From contig NC_092352.1 in the NCBI RefSeq assembly GCF_963676685.1, positions 73,470,001 to 73,534,000 of the forward strand: DNA of 64,000 bases, in the 5' to 3' direction. Below, one piece after another: positions 1 to 15,956 of this stretch; position 1 is the first letter of the stretch; every line of letters begins with the position of its first letter. The notes under the pieces were generated by a model. That model was not told the DNA's origin. It saw only the letters and a list, made by a program, of their open reading frames with translations, and did not search any database. This DNA comes from Mytilus edulis. Taxonomy: Eukaryota. The position numbers and the translations under genes were made by a program.

Positions 1-470
1 GTGTAAATAAGCATCGCTTAGATCTAGAGAAATGGCCCAATCTCCTATTTTTACTAGATTTAATACTTTTGTGAGAGTGTCCATTTTGAAATGTATTTTC
101 TTGAGATACCTGTTGAGGGGTCTGAGATTTATTACTGGTCTCATTGTCCCATTCTTTTTGGGGACTAGAAAAAATGTACTGTAGAAACCTGTTGCTGCAT
201 CTTGCTGGCGAACAGGTTCTATAGCGTCTTTTTCTATAAGAGTATTTATTTCTTGGATTAAAATATCCGAGTCTTTTAAAGACACAGAGGTTTTCCGTAT
301 GCCTGTCCAAAATGGCATTTCTAGAAACTCTAGTTTGTAACCCTCTGTTATTACTGACAAGACCCATTGATCGTCTGTTATTTTTTCCCAATTGTCCCGA
401 AAAAATCTTAGACGACCCCCAACTGGTATCTCGGCCTGATTCTGATAACTTATTACCTTCAACTCTGAGT
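1..470 (-). CDS. DIRS pol (reverse transcriptase), N-terminal part
   Basis: Manual translation of the minus strand gives PVGGRL, FYSTFFLVPKK, RPVINLRPLN, SLDLSDAYLH. The frame overlaps the gag stop and runs off the window. Confidence 0.85.
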
Positions 471-2153
471 CAGCTATTGTTTTTCTTTGGGATCCGAAAA
501 GAATGCCAATTGCCACCTGCTTTCTTTTCTTTATCCTTTTTCCCAAAGTCATCAGCTTTATTGTCTTTCTGGAACTTCCTGGGAACAGATCTCACAGAAG
601 ATTTGTTATAATTAAAACCTGAGCGTTTATCAGCTAAATTAGCATTGTTATAATTAACATGAGTAGAACTATTATTAGAACTATATCTAGGAGCTTTATT
701 TTGCCAATCTTGACGCACCTGAGTTGATTCAAACTTTCTCTTATTATTGTTTTTATACTCTGGTAAGAGATCGTCTAGTTGCTCACGTTGTTCTTTACGT
801 TTCAAGTTTGTCTTCCAAACCTTTACCAAATACACCCTCATTCGAAAGAGGTAAATACAACACTTTAGCCTGTATATCTTTCAAGTTATTTAAACCAGAC
901 TCAGTAGCTGCAGCTTTCCTGCGTATCATATGGTTAAACGCCCCTGTGCGTCCTACCTGACCAAGAGACTTTGTCGAAATTGCAAACAAGTCCTTCACCA
1001 TTTGACAAGTTTCATCACTTACATTTTCATTCTCAACTCTCTCTAATAAGGTTCCTAATGTTTGTTGCATATACAACACTGATATAATACCCATACGTGA
1101 AGCCACCTGCCCTTGATAGGCTAGATTTTCTATCTGTTTTAAAGGTTGAGTAACCAATTGCTTGTGTTTGTCCCATGACTTAACACTATTTGTACCATGA
1201 ACAGTTCTTATCATTGGTTCTAATAAATCATCCAAACTGGGTACTTGTAAAAAGCTTTTAGATTTATCATTAACCGGAAAACAACTACGGTATTCATCTT
1301 TAAAAGCAGTAAGTTTCTCTGGATTTGTAGTTCTCCAGGAACGTTCTAGAATTCTAACCTGCGCTTCATCAATGATCAAGCCACCTGAATTATCAGAAGA
1401 TTCTGAAGGAATATCTTCCTTGAAAAGCTTAGACAATAAATTTAAATTATCTGACTGCTTGTCTACAGTTTTATTGTTATTATTATCAATGTTACTTGTT
1501 TGTCTCTGATTTGAATGACTTTCAACATTGTTATTAATTATAGTAGGTTGAGTTTGTAGATATTGGCTAAATCTTTCAACATTTCTAGATTTATTGCCAG
1601 CCTGAGAATAAACACTTACAGGACTACCAAGGCCACGAGAATATTCATCCTCTACATCTGATGAACATAGACCAAGTAAATCAGCCTTTTCACGACTGTC
1701 TATATGAAGAGAAATTTCTGACCTATTGTCAAAATCAATATTTCTAATAATTCTAGGACTTCCCAAGTCCTCATCAAGATTTGCATTCAAAGAAATTACC
1801 GGTCTACGCTCCCCTGTACTTGGGACGTTATCCGAACTTTGTTCTCTCTGCGTGGCTAAACCACCAGATTGAGAAATCTCTGCAACAGTCGAACTACCTG
1901 TAGTAGCACATGACTTGTTCAAAACTGCAAATAGCATATCTATTTTCTTATCAAACCTGTCCTCCATACTGGTTAACTTATTCTCAAGTTCAGCCGTCTT
2001 TGACACACGTTTCTTTTTCTTTGAAGAAGAGTCTTTTGTTGTCCTCGCCATTTTTTTCACGAGAAAATCACCCGTTGGCGTTTCACCTGCACTATCTGAA
2101 TCTAAATTTTCAGCATTTGCGTCAGCAAGTGAGAGTCTATACTCTTCAGCCAT
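470..2153 (-). pseudogene. DIRS gag-like ORF1 with one frameshift near 800
   Basis: ORF 795..2153 ends LEDKLET*. The natural continuation KRKEQREQLDDLLPEY... is in the frame of ORF 470..841, consistent with an indel in a short A-run. Confidence 0.75.
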
Positions 2154-3589
2154 CGTCCAATATGAACGGACGATAATATCAAACGTACATAAATAAAAAT
2201 TTCAACAACGAGACTATAGTAGGAAGTCTCAAAGTGAGAACGTCTTATTTTGTTGCCGCCGAAAGATAAACTGAGGAGGCCTTCACCCGGATGATCAATG
2301 TTAGATAGATGTTTGAAATCATCCAGGTGTTGCGAGTTATGAGAACGTTGTAAGGGAGATAATCCTTATGTGTATTCCTTGACTGGTAAGTAAAAATATA
2401 TATGATATAAAATTGTGTTTTTGGTTAATCCGCAGCGGTAACCAAGGAAAAAATCAACATGATCAAGGAGAAAGAAGCTAAAACAACACAATGAAACCAA
2501 TAAATGTATCTGGGAGTTAAAGCAAATCATTCAGTTATTGATTTATCTACTATTTATCAATTTATTTAATTGATCCAAACATAGAAACCAACATCTTAGA
2601 TTAAGTGTATAAGATGTTTCACCATGACCAATATCTTTATTTTTCAAAATGAAACACTTCGATGATATGAATCTGTCTTTAAAAAATAATAAAAAAAGTT
2701 ATTATACGAACAAATATCAGTTGCATTCATGTAGATTATGTGCCATTCATATTATCAGATTCTAACTGCCATGGAATGATTAAAAACAAATATTTTATTG
2801 CTTTTGACGTGGTCTGAAACATTTCTATAGAAAATGTGTAATTACTTGATAACGTAGAGTCGTCGATTACCAATAACCACAAAATGCATTATAAATTTTA
2901 ACCATCGAACAACAATATCTCTACAATTAATGTATTACATCTTACATGTAAATCTTTTGAACTGTTCGTTTAGTTTATCTGAGTAATGGTAGTGTTAACC
3001 GTAAAACAACAAGTAAACTAACATAACACTTACATACTCTTTCGACAGCATTATACGACTTGCTTCGTCGTATGACTTAAAATATTACAAAGAATTCACT
3101 GATACGTTGACCAATACGATGCATGTATCTGTGTGTTGACTTATAAGCTAAACGGATTTTTTACTTTGAACTACCATATCTGGTTTAATCATACTTTTAC
3201 CGATTTTGTTCTTTCATCAATTCTATCATTTCAACGGAGTGTGGATATTTATACAGATGATAATGCATTGTGGAAGATATATACTTTGTCGACCGTTATC
3301 GTTCATTATTAAGTTACTAGTAAATCGATTTCCTTTGTTTGTATGTGTTATCTGTGTTATCTCGATTTGTTGTCTTAATTATAGATTTGATTTGAGATCT
3401 TGTTTAATGCCATTGCTAAATTGAAAATATTAAGATGCTTTTAGCCTGTGCGTATTTATATTCCCCACTTAATTCCAACTTGAATAGGTAGCGATTCTGG
3501 AAGAAAGATGCGAAGATGCCATAGTGTTATGCAAACTCATAAGTCAAAGAATAACCAAAAAACGTCAGAGAATAAACAAAGACGATTCA

Positions 3590-5985
<2,396 letters not shown>

Positions 5986-6059
5986 GACTATATATTGTTT
6001 GAGTCTTGAGTAACAAGTCTTCAAAAACCGCAATGCGGTGTATGACAATCAAAATATTA

Positions 6060-6066
6060 TTTTATA
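6060..6066 (-). promoter_or_regulatory. Candidate TATA box of copy E
   Basis: TATAAAA on the minus strand ~75 nt upstream of the ATG, in a block conserved with copy C (35678-35684) and altered in copy D. Confidence 0.35.
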
Positions 6067-8039
6067 GAAACCAGGTGTTACCAACTGGCCAATGAATTAG
6101 AAAAAAAAAGAATTATTAAATATTAGAAAGTTCATACAAAAAGAATAATTTCATAAAGAAAATTAATATCTATTGAGTAAATATTATGTAATTCTAATGC
6201 CATATATTTTTTTTCTACATTATCAAACCAGTGACACGATGTACTGAAACACAAAAAGAAAAGAATAACAATAAAAAGATATTTTGAATTAGCAAAAAAA
6301 TAAATTAGAATAAACGAATGATAATTACCCTGTGGGAAATCTTTACAAATCGAAACCTTAAGCAAATAAAATGAGTGTTTCTTAATATCAGTCTTTAGTT
6401 CAAACAAACATCCTTATGCAAGAATGAATAGTACATTATATTTTATATCAACTGTTTAATTAACACTTATGGGTGCACTCTGCTTGGTATTATTCCTTCT
6501 TTTTAAATTAAATGTACTAAATGAGAATTTACGTACTTTTACTACATGTACAAACAATGACATTTTACCCTTACTACCTAATATTATGTAGCCACTGATG
6601 TATAAGAAAATACACAGTTGCATGATTAATTTCTTGTATGAATACTAAGTATAACTTAAATTACTACGGGAATTCACCTTCAATCACCAAACAAAAAATT
6701 ATACTACAGTTGAGTAAGAATCAATGCTTAAAAACCACATTCTTTCAGAATATGACAGTTGTTTTCTATTCTTATGATGTGTTTGCACTTTTTATTTTGC
6801 ATTTTGATTTTTCGTTTCGAATTTTCATCTGAGTTTAGAATTTTTGTAAATTTACTTTTTCATTTACAAGCAGGAAAAATAATTGAATCCTTGGTTTGCT
6901 AAGATAATTGGTCAATATTAATTTACTTGATTTACTGTAGGTACATTATTGGCAATTCATGTATTTATTATGATTAAATCTTTTTCAATTTAAACATCAA
7001 CATGTTTTAACACAAGTAACTGGAACAAAACCAAGGAGATGTCAAATAAATTTGGGGTAAGCGACACATGTTCATCGACAATGGACAAACACAGATACGA
7101 ATTGTTAGTTATAAAAGGTCAAAACATTACAAAATTTTAAACAATGTATGTTGAAACAACAAGTTTAAAACAAATATGACAGACAGCAACCATTAAAGAC
7201 AACTAAAATACAATCTTAGAATGCACTAATAATATGGCGGCTTACACTTTGAGTTAAGACACTCCACTCCCCAGAAAGTTGGTATTTAAGCTATGATATG
7301 CTGTATATATTTTGTTATTAGCTACAAGAGGAAGTGGGAAATATTTCACACATTTATTTGGACTAAAAATTAGGAAAAAATTGAATTGTTTTTTCTTAAA
7401 TTGTCCATTTTGTAAAATTGGAAACTATTAAGAAACTAAGGTATAAACTCCTCATGCCATGTTGATCTTTGCAGAAATTTGCTATAATTTTTTTGTCACT
7501 TGTGGTTATATCAACATCATCGGTTTTATAAATAAATGTATCCTTGGCTGTCAATTTTTTTCGACTTTGAACAATTCTGCTAAAGGTTAATTCATAAAGC
7601 GCTTCGGACGCATACAATTTACAAAGTGTTGTATTCAATTTACAAAGTTTTGTATTCAATTTGTTGTTGGAAATCTTATATTTAGATAGACAATAATAGT
7701 GCATTGTCTTGACATATCTTTGAACTATTGTTGTCTTTATACTGCCATCTAGAAAATAACGTTTTCAAGTGTTGTTTAATGTGTTAATGTGTTAATGTTG
7801 TTTATTTGATTTTAAAATTATTGGGGAAAATCCCCTTTAACAAATTCCTCATGTCAGGCGAAGAAATATACAACACAATTAATGAAATGTAGATTACCTG
7901 TTGAAACTTGCAATCAATGGTGAACGAATTTTTTTTTTTGTTTTTGTTTTTGTTTTTTTTGAGTTTAGACGAAAATCCCAACAATAAGCATAAAAAATAA
8001 AGATTTATAGATTTCAAAAACAAAGTGAAACATGTTTTT

Positions 8040-8660
8040 TTCTAAAAATTGTAAAAGCAATAAGTCATTTTTATAAATGTCCTGTATACAAAACTTTGAA
8101 ATTTTCGAAAAACTAAGGATTTTCTTATCCCAGGCATAGATTACCTTAATCGTATTTGGCACAACTTTTTTAAATTTTGGATCCTCAATGCTCTTCAATT
8201 TTGTAAATGTTTGGCTTTATAAATTATTTTGATTTGAGCGTCACTGATGAGTTTTTATGTAGACGAAACGCGCGTCTGGCGTACTTAATTGTTATCCTTG
8301 TAGCTTTGATAACTATTTACAACATTTGGTCGATGCCACTGCTTTTGGACGTTTCGTCCCCGAGGGTATCACCAGCCCAGTAATCAACACTTCGATGTTG
8401 ACATGAATATCAATAATGTGGATTTTTTTTTTATAAATTTCCTTTTTACAAAACTTTGAAATTTTCGAAAAACTAAGGATTTTTTTTTTTATCACAGGCA
8501 TGGATTACCTTAGCCGTATTTGGCACAACTTTTATGAAATTTTGGATCCTCAATGCTCTTCAATTTTGTAATTGTTTGGTTTTATAAATTATTTTGATTT
8601 GAGAGTCACCGATGAGTCTTTATGTAGACAAAACGCGCGTCTGGCGTACTTAATTATAAT
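8040..8660 (+). mobile_element. Non-LTR retrozyme-like tandem repeat (~365-bp period) with two type I minimal hammerhead motifs
   Basis: Direct repeat (e.g. acaaaactttgaaattttcgaaaaactaagga at ~8087 and ~8448). Hammerhead at 8238-8282 with intact CTGATGA/GAAA core; second at 8603-8647 with CCGATGA and AAAA core mutations. Confidence 0.8.
8238..8282 (+). ncRNA. Type I minimal hammerhead ribozyme
   Basis: gcgtca-CTGATGA-gttt ttatgt agac-GAAA-cgcgcg-TC-tggcgt, with the palindromic helix III characteristic of Penelope/retrozyme minimal hammerheads. Confidence 0.8.
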
Positions 8661-9699
8661 TTGAGTCGTTCCACATTTCTTTGTATATATTGGAAACAAA
8701 AACAGACTGAAGAGGTTGTATGAATAATTAAATATAGTTTTTGTAACTTCAATTTAAATATTCATTAAGAAAAGAGATAGAGGGTCAGTGACTGTACATG
8801 AAATAGAAATACACAGTCAGCGCATGTTGACTGCTCAAATAGAACGAATGCAGTATAAGAGTATATAACATGATGCAAGTTATGTTAATATGTTCACATA
8901 TTAGTAGCTGAAAACAAATCTGTAAAAGTATAAAGTACACTATTCACATATCATTATATATTTCATTATTGTTTTTTTTAATCATTATATTAATAAAGAC
9001 ACAGTAGTATACCAATATTCAAAAGTCATAAATCGAATTATATAATACAAATCCGGGTTACACAAACTACAACTGAAGGGAACAAATTAACCATAGAAGG
9101 GAAAAACAAAAGAAACAACCAGAACTCCAAAATGCAATATACATAGAAACGATCTATGTGATAATAACTGCCATTTTCCTGACATGGTACAGAACAAAAA
9201 TGGTGGGTGGAACCTGGTTATAATTGCTAGATAAACCTCCCGCATATATAAAAGTGTTAAAAACAAAAATCACTAAAATGACAAAACTACGATACAGAAG
9301 TAAAACACAAATACACACAAAAACACTCATCACATAGAAAAGCTGCTCAAACAAATGATATAATGGACGACACAACATGCAAATACATAGAAAAACAACA
9401 AATATCTTCCAACAACGACAGGCACAACAAAACATCTCAAACAGTGACTCGCCTATGTATGTATGTATGTATGTAACGAATATGTAATTTTGAACTTCAT
9501 ACAGTCATGTTCACAAAACCAGTACAAACATACAAAGCCCATTGAAAATATGTAAATCGTTGAATATTTGAATTCGTGGTTCACCTGTGCCCACGATATC
9601 AACACAAAATGGAATTCAACGAATCATAATGAATCACCAGTAACACATTATCTAACCAAAACAACAACAGGAACATAAAAAAAATACAGATAAATGTTG

Positions 9700-11400
9700 G
9701 ATGCATGAAATACAGAAACATGTCGTATAGCAAAGCGAATTTACACTCGATAAAACAATCATATACGGGAAATTTGTTTTGTTTTGTTCGGTACTTAGCA
9801 GACAGACGAAATAGGGGTTAAACCCACAATCTTATGCGGTGAAAAATGCGATTAGTTGTATTAGACACAAAAATATCAACCAATTCATTATGTTGTTCAG
9901 GAAATTAACGGAGTGTCATTCTCCATTAGAATATCGATTGTCGGTTGAAAAAGCAAACCTCCACAATCAAGCATTTTGACAATATGATCTTCATTTAAAA
10001 TTCTATAAGAATCACTTCCTCGGTGGTTCTTCACAAAATAATGCTAATTATAACCCAAAACTAGAAATGAATATCTACGATTCCAATTTTTAGATTAAAC
10101 GCTCTGTTTGATGGAAATGATGGTCGATCTTTCATTTGAAAAAAAGAGGAATAGTAGCGTAAAGCGTAGAAAAATTTGACGGTTTATGATACTGCAAAAT
10201 TGCAGCGATTGTGAAATAAGATTTATCTGTAGATCTTTAGAAAATTTGAGAATCAACATCTGATTGACACCACTGGTTGTGAATTTCTTATCACGATATT
10301 GTTGAAGGTTCTCTTTTTCTGAAAAAAAATAGTAGTCAACACTTAAGAAAGATGTTTAGAATTAGGTAGGAATACGTGTTGTCTTGTTTATTCCAAGCTC
10401 TTTTGTGAGACATTGTAAATATAATTTTTTTAGCATACGAAGACAATATAATCGAAGGCTTTATCAGCAACCGAGATTTTGAATGGGTTAGAAATGCTTG
10501 TGCTCATAGTACATCGTAGCTTCTGAATGCGCGTCTCAATGGCCGATCGTATATCTGTGAGCCATTGAGACACATTGAACCATTGCTGGTTTGTCTAATT
10601 CGCGCTTTTTTCCATTTTCGTACATAGTCATCAACTGCATTCATCAGTAAACTCAAATTCTTTTCCTGTTGATGGGCTTGGGAATTCTTAATTTGAATCC
10701 TTTCGCTTAAATCTCTCCTAGTTGTTCTTTGGTAGCGATACTTAGTTCTCCAGTAATAACATAACCCGATGGACTATAATTGAATTTTAGCGATGCAGAA
10801 GAGCAACCCGGAGGTTTGGAATTCACTTCATTGGGGCTCAAGAACCCTCTCATGGTTGAACATCGTGGATGCAATAGTCTTGATGTAAGTAAATGAAATT
10901 ACAGGTGTAGCCTTATTTTTGTAGTACATTTCTTTGTACAGATTTCTGATGTCAAATATTGATAATTATGACTTTTATTGGCGAAATATACTTTTAAAAC
11001 ACATTTTCAATCATTTTTAGAAGTAATTTTTACGGGTTTGAACAGTTTATGGTTAGCAAAGTCCATGTTCATAAAGTATATTGATTAAAAATAGCATTTT
11101 TATAACTTATTTTTTTTTCTCACATATTCAAAAAGTCCTTTTGGTTGGATCTCCGACCTGATCAAACCAAAGGAATGTTTTAATTTATGGTTAAGACATT
11201 GTCTGCAAAAAGGCATGAAGAAGATATGTTTTAGTTGAACATTTAAATTGGGAGTATTTTTTAGTAAATGATATTTTTTTTTTATTAATTTCAACATAAA
11301 TAAAATATTGTCAAACAATTGTCTTTGTAATTGTAAAGTAGGTGACGTATGCATAGCAGGAGAGTAATACCATATATTTAACTCACCCGATCTTGTTTGT
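9700..11400 (-). mobile_element. Degenerate Penelope-like (Naiad-like) RT remnant
   Basis: Minus-strand fragments PGCSSAS..FNYSPSGYVITGELSI (~10740-10810) and VADKAFDYIVFVC (~10430-10475) resemble the CxC/GHVITGDL linker and ADKA..N..FVC motifs of N-terminal-EN PLEs. Heavily decayed; boundaries approximate. Confidence 0.5.
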
Positions 11401-12419
11401 TTAATGTTAATTTCATCCCCTCAGTGTTTGTTGTTTACTTTGATTCTTATAAATTCTAGATTTTTGAGATTTGATAATTAGTGAAAATATTTACCAACTA
11501 TGCTCCTTTTCATGTGAACTTGTTCTTTTATTTACATGAGACGTAATGATCGACTACCTGTTTTGAATCGTACACTGATGAGCCTTTTGCTGACAAAGCG
11601 CGCGTCTGCTGTATAAAATATTTAGTTATGATTTTTGTATGAGTAAGTTTAATATATAAGTTTTCCAGGAAAAAATATTATCCCGGTATATTCTTAAAAA
11701 GTAGAATAACAAATATACTGAACTCTGAAAAAAAAATCAAATGGACAGTCCCTAATCCAATGGCAAAATCAAATGATAAAACACATCAAACGAATGGACA
11801 ACAACTATCACATTCCTGACTTGTTACAGGCATTCTCAAATGTAGAAAATAGTGGATTGATCCTGGTTTTAAACCTCTCACTTGTATGACAGTCGCATCA
11901 AATTCCATTATATTTATAACGATGCGTGAACAAAACAGACATAATAGGTAAAATTGTCAAAATAGCGATACAGCCATCAATACCGTGTCACAATCTCAAT
12001 CAGAACAAAACAAACAAATAATTAACAAAGAAGCATAAAAAAGAAAATATAAAATTAAACAACCACATGTTTTACTACTTATATATGTATTTAAAATCAA
12101 CCAAAATGACTGCATAACGAGTGTTTTTGGTATTTCTCATGATATTGCTAGGCCTCTTTGACTATTGATTTTAGTTCGCCCTTTGGTTCATCCCGCTTCT
12201 CTTTTTATGTCTTACTCTTTACTCTCCCGAACATCTAAAATTGATGTAAAGTTCCGTAAACGAATACAATTTAGAATTAGATCAACCTCAAAAACACATT
12301 CCTTTGAGTGAGTTATATATATTTGTATATTCTATTATATGATATAGTACGAAAGAACAAACATGCGGAAATTCCTAGTAGAGCATACAAATTTAAGATA
12401 AACTGACAACGTCTTTTCC

Positions 12420-12454
<35 letters not shown>

Positions 12455-13121
12455 AACTATTAAAGAAGACAACTAGTCCACAAATCACTACATAAAAATG
12501 TATCACTAAAAAAAGAACTTCAAAATGTTAAACGCAAATTCAAAAGGGGGAGATCCATAACAATCGAAAAAAATAATCAAACGGTATCAAAAAACGAAAC
12601 AAGTGAGAAAAAACTTCAATTTTCATGACTTAGTATAGGCATTTTCCGAAAATAACATGGATAATATATCTTGGTCAGAAAAACCCCAACGAATCATGTC
12701 TTATATTCAGTGATTCCAATAGGTTGAAATAAATGCCTATAATGTAAACAGAGCGGCAAAGATAGCATTCATTGGTTCAACTTTAAGGATAGTGCCGGTT
12801 TGATATCGGTCTCATGTTGAAATAGACTTTATCATGCTAAATAAAGCAAAATATTAAATCAAAATATGCAAATGTAATTAAATTTGATAGTATAAATTAA
12901 CAGTCAATTAATTTAATTTATTCCACGGGAAATGTAAGTTGTTTGACCAACCGAATAAGAAAAGATACAATAAGACTTCTTTATAAGATTATTACATATT
13001 GCGTCAATTTCTATTTTCAATTGTTCAAGTGAAAGACATAACTAATATTTTTACCAGCATCTCCATTGTATCCAGAAATAGTGAGTAAGTAGTTCGTGCT
13101 CTCAATTCCAACACCAAATGT

Positions 13122-13910
13122 CAGTCTTGGATCCACTTCTTTTTCTCATCTTCATAAATGACTTACCTACAGCAGTAACAAAAAAAAAACACGCTTGTTT
13201 GCAGATGATTGTATCTTATACAAAAACATAACAAATCACCAAGATTGTACCATACTACAAAATGACCTAAACTGCCTAGCCAAATGGGAACAAACTTGGG
13301 GTATGTAATTCCATCCAACTCTCTCACTGTAACAAGATCACAGTCACCATTCAAACGTGACTATGTATTAAAAGGCCACATTCTAGAACTCGTCAGCACT
13401 GCAAAATATCTCGGTATCACCCTTTTTCACAACATGTCTTGGGATACACATACCAACAACATTACTGCAAAAGCAAATAAATTCTTAGGCTTTCTTAAAA
13501 GAAACTTAGAAATAAACCAGGCAGAAACAAAACGTTTTGCATACAAATCCATGGAATACTGCTCTTCAGTTTGGTCACCTCACACCCAAAAACAAAAAAC
13601 AACTTTGAAAGAATACAGAGAAGGGCAGCACGCTACGTCACCAACAAGTACTTCAACACCAGTAGTGTTACTTCCATGATTGACCATCTTCAATGAAAGT
13701 CACTTGAAACTCGCAGAAACATCAATCGAGTAACTATGCTGTACATACAAAATCTCACATCATCTCATTGCAGTAGATCCAAACCTTTACCTTCTACAAC
13801 GGCCAGTCAAAAACCCCAGATTTCCTAATTCATTACAATACAAAACATTCAGCACAAGAACCGATTACTTCAAGTACAGCTTTTTTCCATACTATGAACT
13901 GTGGAACTGT
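13122..13910 (+). mobile_element. CR1-group LINE, degenerate 3' RT fragment
   Basis: SVLGPLLFLIFINDLP-like, TRLFADDC, KYLGITL...SW..H..NITAKANKFLGFLKRNL, MEYCSSVWSPH and SFFP..WN motifs, with frameshifts. Confidence 0.85.
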
Positions 13911-15912
13911 TAAAAAACTGATCAAGAGTATATTTAGATATCCAACCTGTTTGTAAATATGTAAATGTTTTAATTTTTGTTTTGTTTTTGCACAAAATTA
14001 TTTTTGAATTATTCCACATATAAATTATTATATTTTATTAAGAAACTAACCGTGAAGGCGAAACTGAACTTGTCTTTTTGCATTCACGATAGATTTCTTG
14101 TCAACACTATCAGTTATAATTTATGATTTCTCGTCTAAGTACTCAATCGCATGCTATAACAACTAATTTTATAAAGCAAATATAAAGTAGCTGAGAAGAA
14201 TAAATCAGACAGTTAAACTACTGCTACTCATGAGTCTTCTAAGTTCTGATGATTAATCAAGAGAAACAAAACAGTGATACTAATCAAAAGTCGTATTCGA
14301 AAAGGCTGCGAAATATTTCCGTCATTTCAACAATTATTTTCATTATATGAAGTTCAAAATATGATACAAATGTATTGTATGCATTACAATACGTCCAAAG
14401 TTAAGTAAGCTGAACGTCCCGTATTAGATAGATAGATGGATACTACATTTTACTATATTCTCTAAAAAAAAAACTAAATACAAGTTCACAGAGAAACATA
14501 CAAGATAATACGTTTTTTTCCCCGTAATGGCCCCTCGAAAAGCTATATTAACTCTTAAATCTTGATTTTAAATCGACAGGGAATTCGAAAAACACACAAC
14601 ATTAAATATTATACCGAACCAATATTCAAGATGGACATCCCAAATCCGTGTTTGTAGTCCTGCCAGTTCCGGTAGAAATCTGTTGTGCCATCCAGTCTTT
14701 TTTGTATCACCTGTAAAAGATATTTATGGACATTGATAAGTTAAAAAAGAGTAATCTTATATACATTTTATCAATATAACGGTATATCTGTTAACTACCA
14801 AATGGTTGATTCCACTGCTAAAGGACTTTTAGTCCTTCTTAGTAATTTATTACTATCAAGTACTTCGATAATTGCAAAAATACAGATATTGATTTATTTT
14901 TAACTAAAAATGTATGTAGAGTATAATTAACTGTTGTCTTTAAATATTTGGTTCAATTTGGTTCAATTAAGTTTGGTCAGCTCTTTAAAGTAAGCATTAG
15001 GTTTTCCGAACTTTTGATTATACATGAGGAGAGCATCACTGAAGAGACATCATTTGTGAAAATGCGCATCTGGTGCAGCTTAATATGCACCGGATATGCT
15101 ATAGTATCAATTTGTTTTGATCAATAGATACTCAAATGTGTTTGGCTTTTACTTTTTAATTTTGATTTTCTTATGCATTATAAATGATAATGTTATAATC
15201 GTCCTTTTCACAATCTAAAACAAATTTTAACATTAAGAAAAATATAACAAATGTTATTTGCAGGATTAAATGAATAGATATCCCGTATAAAACCTTGGTC
15301 TGTATATCTGTTAAATCAATAAAAATAACAAAAAATCAAATAACGAATCAAATAATATTTTTATCATGTGTCATATGATTTTGATTTCGATTAGTTGATA
15401 TATCATACCGTCCATTGACCATCGACTCTCATATCACAGTAGACTTCAACTGGCTTGCTGTCAACGTTTATTGTATAAACACCACTAGGACTGCCTCCAG
15501 TGATGTCGCTACAATCATTAATCATAGCTAATGTTTCATTTCTGTCGTACTTTCAATGGTTGTTACAGTGGATCCTTTGTCGCTTGTTGTTTGAAGTTGA
15601 TTGTGATGTCACGTAATGTCGGTGCCGTCGTTGTTGTTGATTAGTCATCGGATTTTTTATTTGTTAGTTTGCCGTTTGTTGTTGGTATTTCGGTAGTTGG
15701 TAGCATTTGCATGCTTGACGAGCTGTACAAAAATGTGTGCTTTACAAAGGGACATAAGATTAATTTTAAGAGCAAAATTTATCAATGATCGCTTTTGCCT
15801 GGTGCAGTTTAAAGTTTAATGTTGAATAAAGGAATCATTAGTATACTAGTGTTCAAAAGTCATAAATCGATTGAAAAAAAAACCAACGTGCTTTACAACT
15901 ATTTTGATCTGA

Positions 15913-15956
15913 GCGTCACTGATGAGTCTTATGTAGACGAAACGCGCGTCTGGCGT
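15913..15956 (+). ncRNA. Type I minimal hammerhead ribozyme in a ~100-bp retrozyme/PLE fragment (~15897-15995)
   Basis: gcgtca-CTGATGA-gtct tatgt agac-GAAA-cgcgcg-TC-tggcgt, core and helix II perfect. Absent at the paralogous position in copy C intron 1 (~33715). Confidence 0.85.

Larger units (their letters stand above)
1..2445 (-). mobile_element. DIRS1-like tyrosine-recombinase retrotransposon, 5' portion (continues off the left edge)
   Basis: Gag-like ORF followed by an overlapping pol frame reading PVGGRLRFFRDNWEKITDDQWVL...GFYSTFFLVPKKNGTMRPVINLRPLN...FKMDT...SLDLSDAYLH, typical of the DIRS RT N-terminus. The 5' boundary is placed at a hairpin at 2421-2445 (approximate). Confidence 0.85.

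Noticed and set aside
6333-6343. GGGAAATCTT as an NF-kB site upstream of copies E and C
   Set aside because: Lacks the terminal CC of the kB consensus and is not kept in D; too weak in AT-rich DNA.
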